Below are positions 16,321 to 35,909 of a DNA stretch of 64,000 nt, in pieces. The notes below the pieces were generated by a model. The model was given only the letters and a program-made list of their open reading frames with translations, did not search any database and had not been told where the DNA came from. The stretch's first letter is position 1; each line of letters opens with the position of its first letter. This DNA is from the human T2T-CHM13v2.0 reference genome, Homo sapiens. The DNA is taken from assembly GCF_009914755.1 (NCBI RefSeq), contig NC_060944.1; one strand, written 5' to 3'. The translations under genes and the position numbers were made by a program.

Positions 16321-17991
16321 AGCTTTTTGCTATTATTACCAATTGCCACTGTAACCATTCTTGGTTACACTGGAAAGGCTAATGAATGGCACCTTATTAT
16401 TGCTGCATGATTATGTTCTGATTTGTGAAACTATGACTATTACAAATGGACAAGCTGATTAGCCACTATTATCTTGAGAGACATCTGCCTGGCCATGCAA
16501 AGTAGAAATGACATTGCTCTCCCATGCCCGATGCTAATCACTAGCACCCTCTGCCTCTCCCTGATTTCCACATTTGGGCCCAAAGACCAAAAACCCCTGC
16601 CAACCCCTCCATCTCCAATCTGGGAAGATAGACCTAGAGCTCCAGAACCTGCCCTTCTGGTGGGATATTTGTTGTTCTCCAAGACCCTACATTTGGAACC
16701 AACGTTCACTTCCTGATCCTAGGTCAGAGAAAGCCAAAGCTGAGCCCAGATGCTGGACAAGGAGTTGGGATGGAAATTACATCTTCAGCGTTGGTCCTAG
16801 AGGTCTGGGTGGGAAATCATGGCCATGCAGGACAGTGAGCACCAGAGGGAGCATGTGGATCATGGTCTCAGGAAAACCCAGGGTTTTCTCTGCTAAGGCA
16901 GCAAAAACAGGACTGCACACCTAAGCCTAGCATCCAGGATGAAGAGAGGAGGGGACAGAGATGGAAAAAGGATTCATGAGGTCAGAAGCTAAAAATTTAG
17001 GAGCAAGAACAGTTCAAGATGTGAAACCTAGAGTGAGTCAGGGCAGGCAAGGCAGGGCTTACTTACACTGTGACTGATTAGAAATGATCTAATCTCTCAC
17101 ACCTTTACATGAGAGCCAGCTTCCAGTCCTGGGTCAGCTGTGACACCTTACAGAGCCCATGTGTTGTGGTGTATATTGATGTGTAACAAACTGCCTCCAA
17201 ACTTAAACACAGCAATCCCTTTATTATTGCAACAGCCATTTATTATTGTTGTAAATTATGTTTCCCATAGTTCTGGGCTCAGCTGAGCGGTTCTTGGCTT
17301 TGGGTCTCTCCAATGATTGCAGTCAGGTGGTGGCTGCAGCTCGATTTATCTCAAAGGCTTATTTGTTGCCCTCTGGCAGGTGATGCTGGCCTCAGCTGAG
17401 GCTGTAAGATGGAATGCCTATACATGACCCTCCAGGTGGCTGGGCTTCCTCACAGCACTGTGTCAAGGGTTGGGCTTTACTTTCCAGTCTTTCTGCATCT
17501 TTTCAGGTCCACTCCCACTGCTAAAGATTTTACTCTCCTGCTATTTCTTTAAGTCGCAGTTTATAGAGAGGGAATCTGATTGGTCAGCTTAACTTTTGAC
17601 ACCTGGACATATCATAGGTTATTGGTATAAAGGAGGTTTATTTTTGTCTTCCACTTCTTCCTCCTTCTTCTTCCGTCTCTTCTCCCTCTTTCTCCTTTTC
17701 CTCTTCATTATCATCATCCTCATCATGATCATCATACATAGGTAATTAAAAGGGAGGACTTTGACATCAGGCTGCCTAGGTTTGAATACCAGATCTGCAT
17801 CTTATCAGCTCTCTAACCTTGGGCATATAGCATAACTTTTCTGTGCTTCAGTTTGTTCTTCTATAAAGTGGGGATAATAACAGAAATTACCTCATAGGAC
17901 TATTGAGCAAATGCAATGAGTCAACATGTTCCTGGAACATAAGCAGTGCTCAGTAAATCTTAGCAATTATTATTAATAATGACAGCTACCA

Positions 17992-18804
<813 letters not shown>

Positions 18805-20299
18805 TAGTGATCGTAAGTACAGCCTGGAGCCTCACTGCCTGTGTCCAAATCCCAGCTCTACAATATACTGATTGTGTGCCCTTGGGCAAGTCATTAAACT
18901 CTCTATGCCTTGATTTTATCATCCGTAGAATGGGGATAATAGTATTGCCTATCTCCTGGGGTTTTTGTGAGGAATAAATGAGTAAATCCATGGAAAACAC
19001 AACCGTGCTTGTCATCTAACAACAACTATGTGTCATGTAAACTATTCATTATCATTAGTAATCATCTGCCCTAAATACCAGCACCACACACGGCGCTGTA
19101 AAGATCTTAGTGCACTGAACACACTCAACATCTCTGCAAGGGTGATATTAAATCTCCACTTTATGGATGAAGGAACTGAAGTTTAGTGGAGCTAAGTTGC
19201 CCCCCAAAAAAGCACAATGAGTAAATGGCAGCAGTGGCATTGAATCTCAGGCCTGTCTTCTGTCTAAGCAGGGCTCTTACTATTATATGATGTTGCTCTT
19301 CTGATCAGCCACAGTGGGGGAGTGGTGCCATGAAGAGAGGAAGCAGTGATGTCAGGCTCATAGGATCCCTGCTCCCTCCTTCTGGCAGGGTCTGGGGCAA
19401 GACAGTCTCTAATGTGTGTGAAGGCAACTCTAGGACAACACCTCTGTTATCTCTCCAGTAAGTAGGCAGACACAGAATCTGGTGATCCCAGTAATGCACA
19501 CCCATCCCTGCTCCCAGCATATCTTGAGGCCCAGTTCTCTCCTGTCTCTGCCACCCTGCTTTGTTTTGCCCAAACCCTCCCCAGGTCATGGGGACAGCTC
19601 CTATTTCACTGGGCTGAGGTCAGTTTCACTGGATCAAAATCAAGGTGTTGGCCAGACTGTACTCCCTGCTGACTCTAAGAGAGAATTCCTTCCTTGCCTC
19701 TTCCAGTTTCTCGTGGCTGCTGGCAGTCCTTGACTTAGGCTGCATAACTTCAGTTTCTGTCTCTGTCTTCTCATAGCCTTTTGCTCTGTGAGTGTTAAAT
19801 CTCCCTCTGTCTACCTCTTATAAGGAATCACATGATTGCATTTAGGGCCCACCTGGATAACCCAGGATAATCTCCGCATGTCAAGATTCTTAACTTAATC
19901 ACATCTCTAAAGACTTTCACCTGCCTTTCTTTCCATATAAGGTAACATATAAGGATTAGGATGCGGAGAGGGAATTTCCCTCTCATTCCTTCTGGAAAGC
20001 ATTCTCTGGCCAATGTGCAGGGCTAAGAAGAATCTCACATAGCTGCAGATTACCTTGGTCGCTGTCAGAAGAAGAACTTATGTTTGTTGAACACCTACAA
20101 TGCACAGGCATTGTAACAGACCTGACCAGTGAGTACGTGTTAATATTTCCATTCGACAGCGGAGAAAACTGTGACCCAAGGAAGCAAAAGCAGGACAGTT
20201 GCAAACAGATGAAACTGAGGGTTCAAAGTTGGGCTTCTGACAAACTTGTTTAGATTTCGTACGCGCGCCATCGAAGACTACGGTAATTACGCTGTGTGT

Positions 20300-20318
20300 G
20301 GCCGCCACCTAGTGTCCA
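20300..20318 (-). promoter_or_regulatory. Putative CTCF binding site
   Basis: Minus strand TGGACACTAGGTGGCGGCC resembles the CTCF core CCACYAGRKGGCRC; sits in a small CpG-retaining patch. Confidence 0.65.
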
Positions 20319-20882
20319 TACAGAGCAATCCTTCCGTGAATCAGCCCGTTCCGGGTTGCAGGACTGGCTCACTCACCATCAGCTTTCCCGTTGTGGCGCA
20401 TCTTACTGGGAGGGCCATGGCCCCAGAGGCTTTCTGGCTCCAGAGATCTGCGTTTGAACTTTAGCTCTGCCGTTGACAGAGTGATCTGGGGCCTCCTTCT
20501 CTGATCCTTCACTTATCCTTAACTCTAAAGTAAAAATGACACCTCTCAGAGCTGTGGAGAGGATGTTGGAAAGTGCTTTGTAACAAACTGGGAATAACTG
20601 GAGAGAATGGAAAGAAACATTGTCTGCAGTTGACCAGGCTTGGATTCATTTTAAAAAATACTTAATGTGCACCTGCTGTGTGTCAGGCACTGTTCTGGAT
20701 GTGGGAATGTCGCAACAAATAAAACAGACAAAATTTATGTTTTTGTGTAGTTAATAGTCCAGCATTCCAGTTTTTGAGTCATTCATTCATTCATTTACAA
20801 TATGTTTCTGGCACTCCTGTGTGCAGCACTTTCCCAAGCAATGGGCACAGAGGGTATCTAATATGGCTGGAACCCAGGAAGC

Positions 20883-23076
20883 CAGGGGAACAGGATGGAG
20901 CAAGTCCAGATTTGTGGGGCCTGAAGTTTATACGATTTAGGGTATCAATCATATACCCTAAGAGAAAGAATGAAAAGTCAGAAATACAGAATTAGGCTAG
21001 AAAGAGTTTTTTCTTTTATAATGAGAGATGAAATAAACTTTAGCTGGCAAAAATCACAAAACATAAAATCTAGAAAAGTAGCACAATATTAACTGCATGA
21101 TATGGCTCTATAATAATTTTTCTCTACATTTTTTTCTGTAACTTCTTTGATCATCTAGTCATGATAACAATTTTATTATTTTATTTTCTTCAAAGAGACT
21201 GTGGCAATAATTCAGTCTCTCCTCTACAAGATTAATTTTTTTTTGTGTGGGTACTTTAAACAATTTAAACATTGTAAAAATGCCATGTATATTTTTAGGA
21301 TTATTGTCAATTTTGGGGAAGCCTCTATGTTCCTCTTATATATAAGCTGTAAGCCTTCTTGTAAAGTGACTAATTTTAAATGGTATTTGAGTGGATGGTA
21401 CATTAGCCAATTTATTGTTGCTGTCCCTATTGTAGGGGTGTATTAGGAGTTTTACATTTTCTTCCTGTATGTCAGTGTTTCATGTTAAATAATTGAGAAA
21501 TTAAAACTTTCCCAATGTATTTATATGATTCACTCCTTTTAATTACTTAGATTATCAAACAATCTAAGTCTGTTAATTACTTTTGTTGCCAGAAAAGGGG
21601 GTCTTGATCCAGACCCCAAGAGAGGGTTCTTGGATCTCACACGGGAAGGAATTCAAGGAGAGTCGCAGAGGGCACTGAGAAGAAGTAGTTTTAGTGAAAG
21701 CTACTCGGTTACCGAGCAGGGCATCCTCAGAAAGCAAGAGGAGAAATACCTCATCTCTAAGTTTTTCTTACAGAGGGGACTTATCTATGTAAAGGCTAAG
21801 ATATGTCTACATGCTGGTGGACTAACAGCATGACAAAATTTAGCACTTTTTGATTTAAGGAAAGTTATCCTTGGCATTTTAATGTATACATCCAACAAAA
21901 TGACTACAATCAAAAATGTCCATCAAGACAACTATAATTATCTTGAAAGCACATATTGTTATGGATACTGGAACATCTGGACTTTCCGTTGTTGTAGGAG
22001 TGCGTCCTTGCAGGTATCTTTAAGTTGTTTTCTCAACTGTAAACGTCTTATGAACATGAGTCATGACTGGCAAGGAATGGGTCTTGCTTGTTTCACGATG
22101 GAGTCAATTTTAAAATGGTGTAACCCTGGCTCTCCTATGCTCCTGTTTCCCTGACACTTTGGTTTGAAATGTATCTATTTCTCTTAATGAATCACTACTT
22201 TTGTTATGATCTGCAGGCTAGTTCATCTGTAAACACCTGACATCGCGAAGGCAGAGATGGCCAAAGACATGAGCCAATACAATGAGATCATAAACATGCA
22301 GCTTCACACATGGATGTACTAGCTGTTTACAGCACTGCCGCATGTTTGTGCTCTATGAACACGAGACTCTGATATCTTCTAGTTTGCGCAATTCCTATTA
22401 GAAATGAAGAAAAAATGTGCAGTGCATTTATAATTGCACATGTTGTGTTGTCAGATAGATTTCAGGTAGACAGATAGACAGGAAAGAACTTCTGCTTTAA
22501 CTGGGCTTTGATGAGAATTAAATCCTCTGCTTATAGTTTAATATGTCTGATGATTGGAAGAATTCTCGATAGACTAGTTTCTGACTCTGTATGTTTCAAA
22601 TTTTGTTTCTTATCCAATATATATGTACTCCTGACGCTATGCATTAAAACGATTTATGGCCCTGTACCTTCATGTCACAGTGCAGGATGAGTCAGCATGG
22701 TGGGCGTAGATGTGTTCCTGGAAGCCATTCCTAACTAAGATAGATAGCAATGACTTGACTATAGATCGAAGTGACTGTCAACCACATAAATTGATCCCTC
22801 TGAACCTGTATTAAATGTACATGTAACTCAGCTCTGCGTCAGCCACACCCCTCAGCTACTCCATTGCCACCCACACAGTGACAGACAGAGAGTTAAAGTG
22901 GAAAGAGACATCCATCTTCAAAGATTACGGTAAAATATCTTATTTTCGAAAACTTAACAAAAACACACACCCATAGGAAAATACTGCTGTGCTTCTCCCA
23001 GGGCTTTGGAGGAGGCCTTGCAAGTGAGGGTCCTGAAACTGAAGATTCCTAATTGTTAAGGTAAATCCACCCACGT
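20883..23076. mobile_element. hAT-Tip100 DNA transposon (Zaphod/MER115-like) interrupted by an LTR
   Basis: Termini gtccagatttgtggggcctgaagtttatac... and ...gggtcctgaaactgaag...ggtaaatccacc; boundaries approximate. Confidence 0.6.
21584..22156 (-). mobile_element. ERV1 solo LTR (LTR26-like)
   Basis: TG...CA termini; 4-bp TSD CTTT on both sides; subfamily from memory. Confidence 0.75.
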
Positions 23077-24958
23077 GAAATGAAGCCAGAATTACAAGTA
23101 AGGGGGAGACCATGTAGGGCCCTGTAGTTGTTAGGAGGAAGTTTCAGTGTTATTCTAAGAACAACAGGAAGGCTTAAAAGGCTTTAAAAGGGAAACCCGC
23201 TGGTTGTGGGCGGAGGATTACCTAGGTGCCGAGGCAAGAGACTGAAGGCACAAACTATTTCAGTATAATAAAGAAAATAGTCAGAATAAGAATAGTCATA
23301 ATACAAATTAGACATAGAGATGATCATGAACAATTACCAATCATTATTATAAACATTATTAATCATTAGCTTTTAATATTACTCTTTGCTGCATTACTAA
23401 TATAACCTAGGAATAACCAGTGGGTATAGGGTCAGGTGCTGAAGGGACATTGTGAGAAGTGACCTAGAAGGCAAGAGGTGAGCCTTCTGTCATGCCCCCA
23501 TAAGGGCCGCTTGAGGGCTCCTTGGTCAAGCGGTAACGCCAGTGTCTGGGAAGGCACCCGTTACTTAGCAGACCGCGAAAGGGAGTCTCCTTTCCTTGGA
23601 GGAGTCAGGGAACACTCTGCTTCACCTGCTTCTTGTGGAAGGCTGGATATTATCCAGGCGGGCCCGCAGTCATCCGGAGGCCTAAACCCCTCCCTGTGGT
23701 GCTGTGCTTCAATGGCCACGCTCCTTGTCCACTTTCATGCTTCTCCCACACTCCTGGTTCCTCTTTGAAGTTCATAGTAGATAGCAGTAGAATAAATAGT
23801 AAAAGTCTTAAAGTCTTTGATCTTTCTTATAAGTGCAGAGAAGAAAACGCTGACTTATGCTGCCTTCTCTCTCTGCTTTGACTACCTAAAAGGGAAGGGC
23901 AGAGCCCCCTATCCTGTAATCACGTGACTTCCTTCACCTTGTCAATCACTCAGAAGATTCACCCTTCTAATATGGTGGCGCCAAGATGGCTGAATAGGAA
24001 CAGCTCCAGTCTGCAGCTCCCAGCGTGAGCGATGCAGAAGACGGGTGACTTCTGCATTTCCAACTGAGGTACTGGGTTCATCTCACTGGGGCTTGCCAGA
24101 CAAGTGGGTGCAGCCCACGGAGCAGGGCGGGGCATTGCCTCACTCGGGAAGCACAAGGGGTTGGAGAATTCCCTTTCCTAGCAAAAGGAAGCCGTGACAG
24201 ACAGCACCTGGAAAATTGGGACACTCCCACCCTAATACTGCGCCTTTCCAACGGCCTTAGCAAACTGCACACTGGGAGATTATATCCCGCGGCTGGCTCT
24301 GAGGGTCCCACACCCATGGAGCCTCGCTCACTGCTAGCACAACAGTCTGAGATCAAACTGCAAGGTGGCAGCGAGGCTGGGGGAGGGGCGTCTGCCATTG
24401 CTGAGGCTTGAGTAGGTAAACAAAGCGGCCAGGAAGCTTGAACTGAGTGGAGCCCACTGCAGCTCAAGGAGGCCTGCCTGCCTCTGTAGACTCCACCTCT
24501 AGGGGCAGGGCACAGCTGAACAAAAGGCAGCAGAAACTTCTGCAGACTTAAACATCCTTGTCTGACAACTTTAAAGAGAATAGTGGTTCTCCCAGCACGG
24601 AGTTTGAGATCTGAGAACGGACAGACTGCCTCCTCAAGTGAGTCCCTGACCGCCCAGTAACCTAACTGGGAGGCACCCCCCCAGTATGGGGGCAACTGAC
24701 ACCTCGTAAGACCGGGTGCCCCTCTGAGCTGAAGCTTCCAGAGGAAGGATTAGGCAGCAACATTTGCTGTTCTGCAGCCTCCGCTGGTGATACCCAGGCA
24801 AACAGGGTCTGGAGTGGACCTCCAGCAAACTCCAACAGACCTGCAGCTGAGGGTCCTGACTGTTAGAAGGAAAACTAACAAACAGAAAGGACATGCACAC
24901 CAAAACCCCACCTGTACGTCACCATCATTAAAGACCAAAGGTAGATAAAACCACAAAG

Positions 24959-25978
24959 ATGGGGAGAAACCAGAGCAGAAAAGCTGAAAATTCTAAAAAT
25001 CAGAGCGCCTCTTCTCCTCCAAAAGAACACAGCTCCTCGCCAGCAATGGAACAAAGCTGGATGGAGAATGACTTTGACGAGTCAAGAGAAGAAGGCTGCA
25101 GATGATCGGTAATAAGAAACTTCTCCAAGCTAAAGGAGGATGTTCAAACCCATCGCAAGGAAGCTAAAAACCTTGAAAAAAGAGTAGACGAATGGCTAAC
25201 TACAATAAACAGTATAGAGAAGTCCTTAAATGAACTGATGGAGCTGAAAACTGTGGCATGAGAACTACGTGACACATACACAAGCTTCAGTAGCCGATTT
25301 GATCAAATGGAAGAAAGGGTATCAGTGATTGAAGATCAAATGAATGAAATGAAGCAAGAAGAGAAGTTTAGAGAAAAAAGAGTAAAAAGAAATGAACAAA
25401 GCCTCCAAGAAATGTGGGACTACGTGAAAAGACCAAATCTACATCTGATTGGTGTACCTGAAAGTGACGGAGAGAATGGAACCAAGTTGGAAAACACTCT
25501 TCAGGATATCATCCAGGAGAACTTCCCCAACCTAGCAAGGCAGGCCAACATTCAAATTCAGGAAATACAGAGAACGCCACAAAGAGACTCCTCGAGAAGA
25601 GCAACTCCAAGACACATAATTGTCAGATTCACCAAAGTTGAAATGAAGGAAAAAATGTTAAGGGCAGCCAGAGAGAAAGGTCGGGTTACCCACAAAGGGA
25701 AGCCCATCAGACTAACAGCGGATCTCTCAGCAGAAACTCTACAAGCCAGAAGAGAGTGGGGGCCAATATTCAACATTCTTAAAGAAAACAATTTTCAACC
25801 CAGAATTTCATATCCAGCCAAACTAAGCTTCATAAGTGATGGAGAAATAAAATACTTCACAGACAAACAAATGCTGAGAGATTTTGTCACCACCAGGCCT
25901 GCCTTACAAGAGCTCCTGAAGGAAGCACTAAACATGGAAAGGAACAACCGGTACCAGCCACTGCAAAAACATGACTAA
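24959..25978 (+). pseudogene. L1 ORF1p, disrupted
   Basis: Intact C-terminal 223 aa in the ORF track; stops upstream. Confidence 0.9.
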
Positions 25979-26047
25979 TTGTAAAGACCATCGACACCAG
26001 GAAGAAACTGCATGAACTAATGAGCAAAATAACCAGCTAACGTCATA

Positions 26048-30216
<4,169 letters not shown>

Positions 30217-30415
30217 GGACATGGATGAAGCTGGAAACCATCATTCTGAGCAAACTATCGCAAGGACAGAAAACCAAACACCACATGTTCTCACTCATAG
30301 GTGGGAATTGAACAATGAGAACACATGGACACAGGGTAGGGAACATCACACACCGGGGCCTGCTGGGGGGTGGGGGGAGGGGGGAGGGATAGCATTAGGA
30401 GATATACCTAATGTA

Positions 30416-30811
<396 letters not shown>

Positions 30812-31092
30812 CTAGAACTTAAAGTAAAATTAAAAAAAAAAAGAAGAAGATTCACCCTTCTTACCCTGACCCCTTGTCTTGTATGCAATAAATATCAGCA
30901 AGCCCAGCCATTCGGGGCCACTACCAGTCTCCGCATCTTGATGGTAGTGGTCGCCCGGGCCCAACTGTTTTCTCTTTATCTCTTTGTCTTGTGTCTTTAT
31001 TTATTACAATCTCTCCTCTCCACACACGGGGAGAACACCCGCTAAGCCCTGTAGGGCTGGACCCTACAGCTGGTAATAGGATTTGATCTATA

Positions 31093-31689
<597 letters not shown>

Positions 31690-32850
31690 GTGTAGAGAAT
31701 GGGCTTTAGGGAGGTGAGTGACAGGAAGGAGACCGCTCAGGAGGTTGGAGCTTTTCCAGGAGAGAGGTGGCTTAGACTAGGGTGGAGTCGGTGGAGATCT
31801 TGAGAAGGGGTAGATGAAAGTCATATTTGAAGGTGGAGTGATGGGCTTGCTGATGGGCTGGCATTGAAGTAGACATGAGGGTGGCACCAAGGGTGTCTCC
31901 CAGACATCCTCTTGAATGGTTGCCGTGACATCATTTCCTGAGGTCGGAAATTGGGAGCTAAACTTCAATTTGAATTCAATTTGAATCCTGTCTCTACAAT
32001 TCCCAACCACGTGACCCTAGACAGGTTGCTATTTTTTCTCCAGCCCTTTCCTTATTCAAAAGGGGAAAACCAGTAACTACTTTTGTGAGATTGTTTGAAG
32101 AGTCAATGAGACAACCCATGAAAATGCCCAGCCAGGAGCCTGAACCTTATCAATAACCTTATATTGGATGCCATTGCCGCTCCAAGATTTATTAGTATTT
32201 ACTATCAAACTCAAGAGAGGAAACCAGCCTTGCATCCTGATGCTCTTGCAGGATTTTTCTCAGGTTCTAGCACTTGGCCTTGACTACTGAGAACTGTGAT
32301 ATTCCAGGCTGGAAAATATTTGCTGTCCCCAAAGGGCAGGTCAATGTGAATAATCTTTTTAATAATAACAATAATAATAATAGCTAATATTTGTAGAGCA
32401 CTTATTATTGCTTGGCTCTTTTCATGGTTCATTTTATTTATTTCTTACAATACCCTACGGCGCGAGTACTTTTATTATTTTCACTTTACAGATGAGAAAA
32501 TCTGAGGTTCAAGGGATTAAAGAATTTCTCCAGTGACCTCCAGCTATAAGTGGAAGAGAAGAGACTGGACTGCATCATAGGGATGTTCAGAGATCAGCCA
32601 GAAAGATCACCTTTCACAACAGGACTATGGGGCCCAGGCCCCATCCCTGTCATGCCCCTGCTCAGGTGTCTCAGGTCCGAGCGCCAGGACAAAGCCGGAG
32701 ACTGCGCACTAGGACCGGTGCGCCTTGCTCACTGTCTGACTCTATCCCTCCTGCCCCGTCTACTGTCCCCACCAACGCCCTGCGCCCTCGTCCCTCTCAG
32801 TCCCCGTCCTCTCCACTCTAGCGCACTGCCCTACTCTGGCCGTACCCCCA

Positions 32851-32868
32851 GCCGCCGCCGCCGCCGCC
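32851..32868. repeat. (GCC)6 triplet repeat in the CpG island
   Basis: gccgccgccgccgccgcc. Confidence 0.9.
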
Positions 32869-32989
32869 GCGCCCAGTCCCTCGGTCGCTGGCCCGCCCTT
32901 CCCCGCCCCCTGCCCCCGGTCCCTCAGCCACTGCCCCGCCCCGCCCGTCCATACCCCTCCACGCCCCTCCCCATGTCCTGCCCGTCCCT

Positions 32990-33290
32990 CTCCATCCCCT
33001 GCACGCCCCGCCCCTCGCCCACTGCCCCGCCCCATCCCCTGTCAGTCCCGTCCATCGCCCACTGCCCCGCCCCGTCTCCTGCACGCCCCGCCCCGTCCCC
33101 TGCACGCCCCGCCCTCGCCCACTGCCCCGCCCCGTCCCCTGCACGCCCCGCCCCTCGCCCACTGCTCCGCCCCGTCCCCTGCACGCCCCGCCCTCGCCCA
33201 CTGCCCCGCCCCGTCCCCTGCACGCCCCGCCCCTCGCCCACTGCTCCGCCCCGTCCCCTGCACGCCCCGCCCTCGCCCACTGCCCCGCCT
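32990..33290. repeat. GC-rich minisatellite (~39-40 bp unit; 79-bp higher-order unit) at the RAD21L1 promoter
   Basis: Alternating subunits cccgtcccctgcacgccccgc and cc(c)tcgcccactgc(c/t)ccgc, read directly from the sequence. Confidence 0.95.
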
Positions 33291-33339
33291 TCTCCACGCC
33301 CCGCCCCTCCCCGCCCCGCGCCTGCCGCGCATTGCAGAC

Positions 33340-33443
33340 GCCCAGCGGCGCCAAGAACCCGGCGACCCGGACCCGACAAGCTGACTTGGCGACTCCTCGC
33401 AGCCCCTGCTCTGGCACGCCACACCTCAGACGAGGCTTTGAAA
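33340..33443 (+). other. RAD21L1: Probable RAD21L1 non-coding exon 1 (5' end approximate)
   Basis: ATG-free segment directly after the GC-box array, ending at candidate donor AAA|GTAGGG. The acceptor at 35724/35725 upstream of the start codon requires an upstream exon. Confidence 0.55.
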
Positions 33444-34210
33444 GTAGGGCGCAGCCTGAGAGGCCGGCCGGACCCCGAGTGCTGTAGGCGGGCTGGGAGA
33501 TGGGGGCCGCCGCCACCCACATTCCCACACGCACCCGGCGCCGGCGCCTCACGCCGTGTTAGCTCGCGGCGCCAAGCCCGGAGGGTCCCGCCTGAGGAAG
33601 AAAGGTCGTCGCCCGCAGCCCAGCTGGGGCTGGAGGCGCGACCCGGGGTCTCCTCGCCCGCACGCGGAAGAAAATGGGCGCTGTGGCCTCAGTTTCCCTC
33701 TGTGAGCACCCGGCCCGGAACTCTGAGGAGTCGTCTGTGGAGGAGCCTTTGGCGTCCCCCTGCCCCTGAGCGTGGCCGTCAGCTCTTCCCAGCCCCGGCA
33801 CTTTGCTTTCCCCTCCCTCACGCCCGGAAGGGTCTCGCCCTGCCCGGCTCAGCCCTCTCTCCCCACGCCCCTCTCCCAGGGTCCCCGCCCGGTCCCCTTC
33901 CGACCCCTTCCTCCCTCCCTTCGCTCCCTCCCCGCCACCGCCGCCACCCTGCCCTTTGCGGGCCGGTTTCCACGGAGTGGCCCCATCCCGGTGGCTTCAC
34001 GTTGCACGAAGTCAGTTCAATCTGGAGACTGAAAAAGCCTCCGGGACGTGGGGCGGGAGGGTGCGGGGGGAGTTTGTGTGCGTATTTTGTGGGGAGGGGA
34101 AAAAGGTTAGGTAATATGTGCTCGGGAAAATCAATGTCTCAGGAATAGCAAATCTCAGGGTTTGGGTTTTTTCTTTGTTTGTTTTCTCTTTTAAGAAGTC
34201 CATCACTTAA

Positions 34211-34513
<303 letters not shown>

Positions 34514-35732
34514 AAAAAGTACATTTTAAAAGTACCTCACACCACTGGGAGCCATTTAAAAAGATAAATAGGAATTTATTCCGAGAGAGCGAAACACACA
34601 GACTAAAAAGGAAAGTAGTGGAACCAGCGCAAGGTACAAGCCATATGCATTAAAATCTCCAGCTGCCCCGTAGGGGAACATGGTTTGGCGGATTGCGTCA
34701 CCTTTAGTTGGGGCATAATGATTGAATTCTTGCGGTACAAATAGACACTGATGGAAGTTTACCTAAGTTTTTAATTCTTTCGCCGACTTTGTGTTCGTCT
34801 TGGCTCAGTTTTCTCTTTTATCAGTATCTTAAGTAGAAAAGAAGCAAAAAGAAGCTTCCATAGTGGCAGTGTAAGATTACTTATATGTAAGCAATAATTT
34901 GATTCTTCCCTAGAAGTCAACCAAAGTGCTATAACATCCCTTCTCATCTTTAGCTTAGTGATAGAGCCCTATGGTGTTACCAAGAATAGTACAGTTTGTA
35001 AAAATGTGCATTAATTCCTTCTCTTTGTTTTAAGTGAAGGTTTTCTTTTATCGTTCTTATTTCAAAACATTTAAATTTGATTCGTGTTTCTTCCCTTGCC
35101 TTCTAATTATTTTCTTATAGTTTCTTGTTTTCTTCATTTTTCCACTTTATGGAATGGAAACTCCACTCCACTCCACTTTTTGGAGTCCCGTGATTTTAAC
35201 TTCAAAAATTAAAATATTGTTGAATAAACCAGAGTATCTTGAAGAGGGCAATGAAATTCAACACCTGCGTATAAATCAATAATCCAATCCTTCTTAAATT
35301 ATTAAGTTTTAGAAAAGAGGTGCCCTGTATTAGCTTTTCTTGGTTTTGTCTACCTTTTCCTATTCTTGTTTCTTATTTCCATATCTTATATTTTCAGCCT
35401 TCCTCCTTTATTTGACCATGTTAGTAAGAAGAGAACTCAAATCCTTTTTTGGATAAAATAAGTGACATGTATGAAGAAATCATTAATCAGGATGCATTTA
35501 AGCCCGGTGTAGAGGTGTAGTTCACAATTTACTAGAGCTTTGTCATTAGGTTATAATTTTATATTCTAAATAAGTTTCTCTTATTTACAAGAGAATAAAT
35601 TGTATTGAATAATTGAATTAGAACATAATCTGAATGTTATTTTGTAGAATTAATACATATTTTTCTTATAGCAATAAAAAGTTTTTGTAATAAAATTTTA
35701 AATTTCTTTTCGTGTTCTCTCTAGTTTGTTAA

Positions 35733-35909
<177 letters not shown>

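Larger units (their letters stand above)
32670..34110 (+). promoter_or_regulatory. CpG island / RAD21L1 promoter
   Basis: Very high GC and CpG density against AT-rich flanks; many GC boxes (CCCCGCCC); E2F-type GGCGGGA at 34052-34058; lies ~2 kb upstream of the first coding exon. Confidence 0.9.

Noticed and set aside
33092-33288. PRDM9-A hotspot motif (CCNCCNTNNCCNC) in the VNTR, or a CRISPR-like array
   Set aside because: The best match, CCGCCCTCGCCCA, misses the last position and near-matches are expected in C-rich DNA. There are no unique spacers, so it is not CRISPR-like.
32550-34148. 532-aa Pro/Arg-rich ORF and the overlapping antisense ORFs
   Set aside because: It crosses the CpG island and VNTR, where stop codons are rare; it has a GTG start and a low-complexity product, and any 79-bp unit change would frameshift it.
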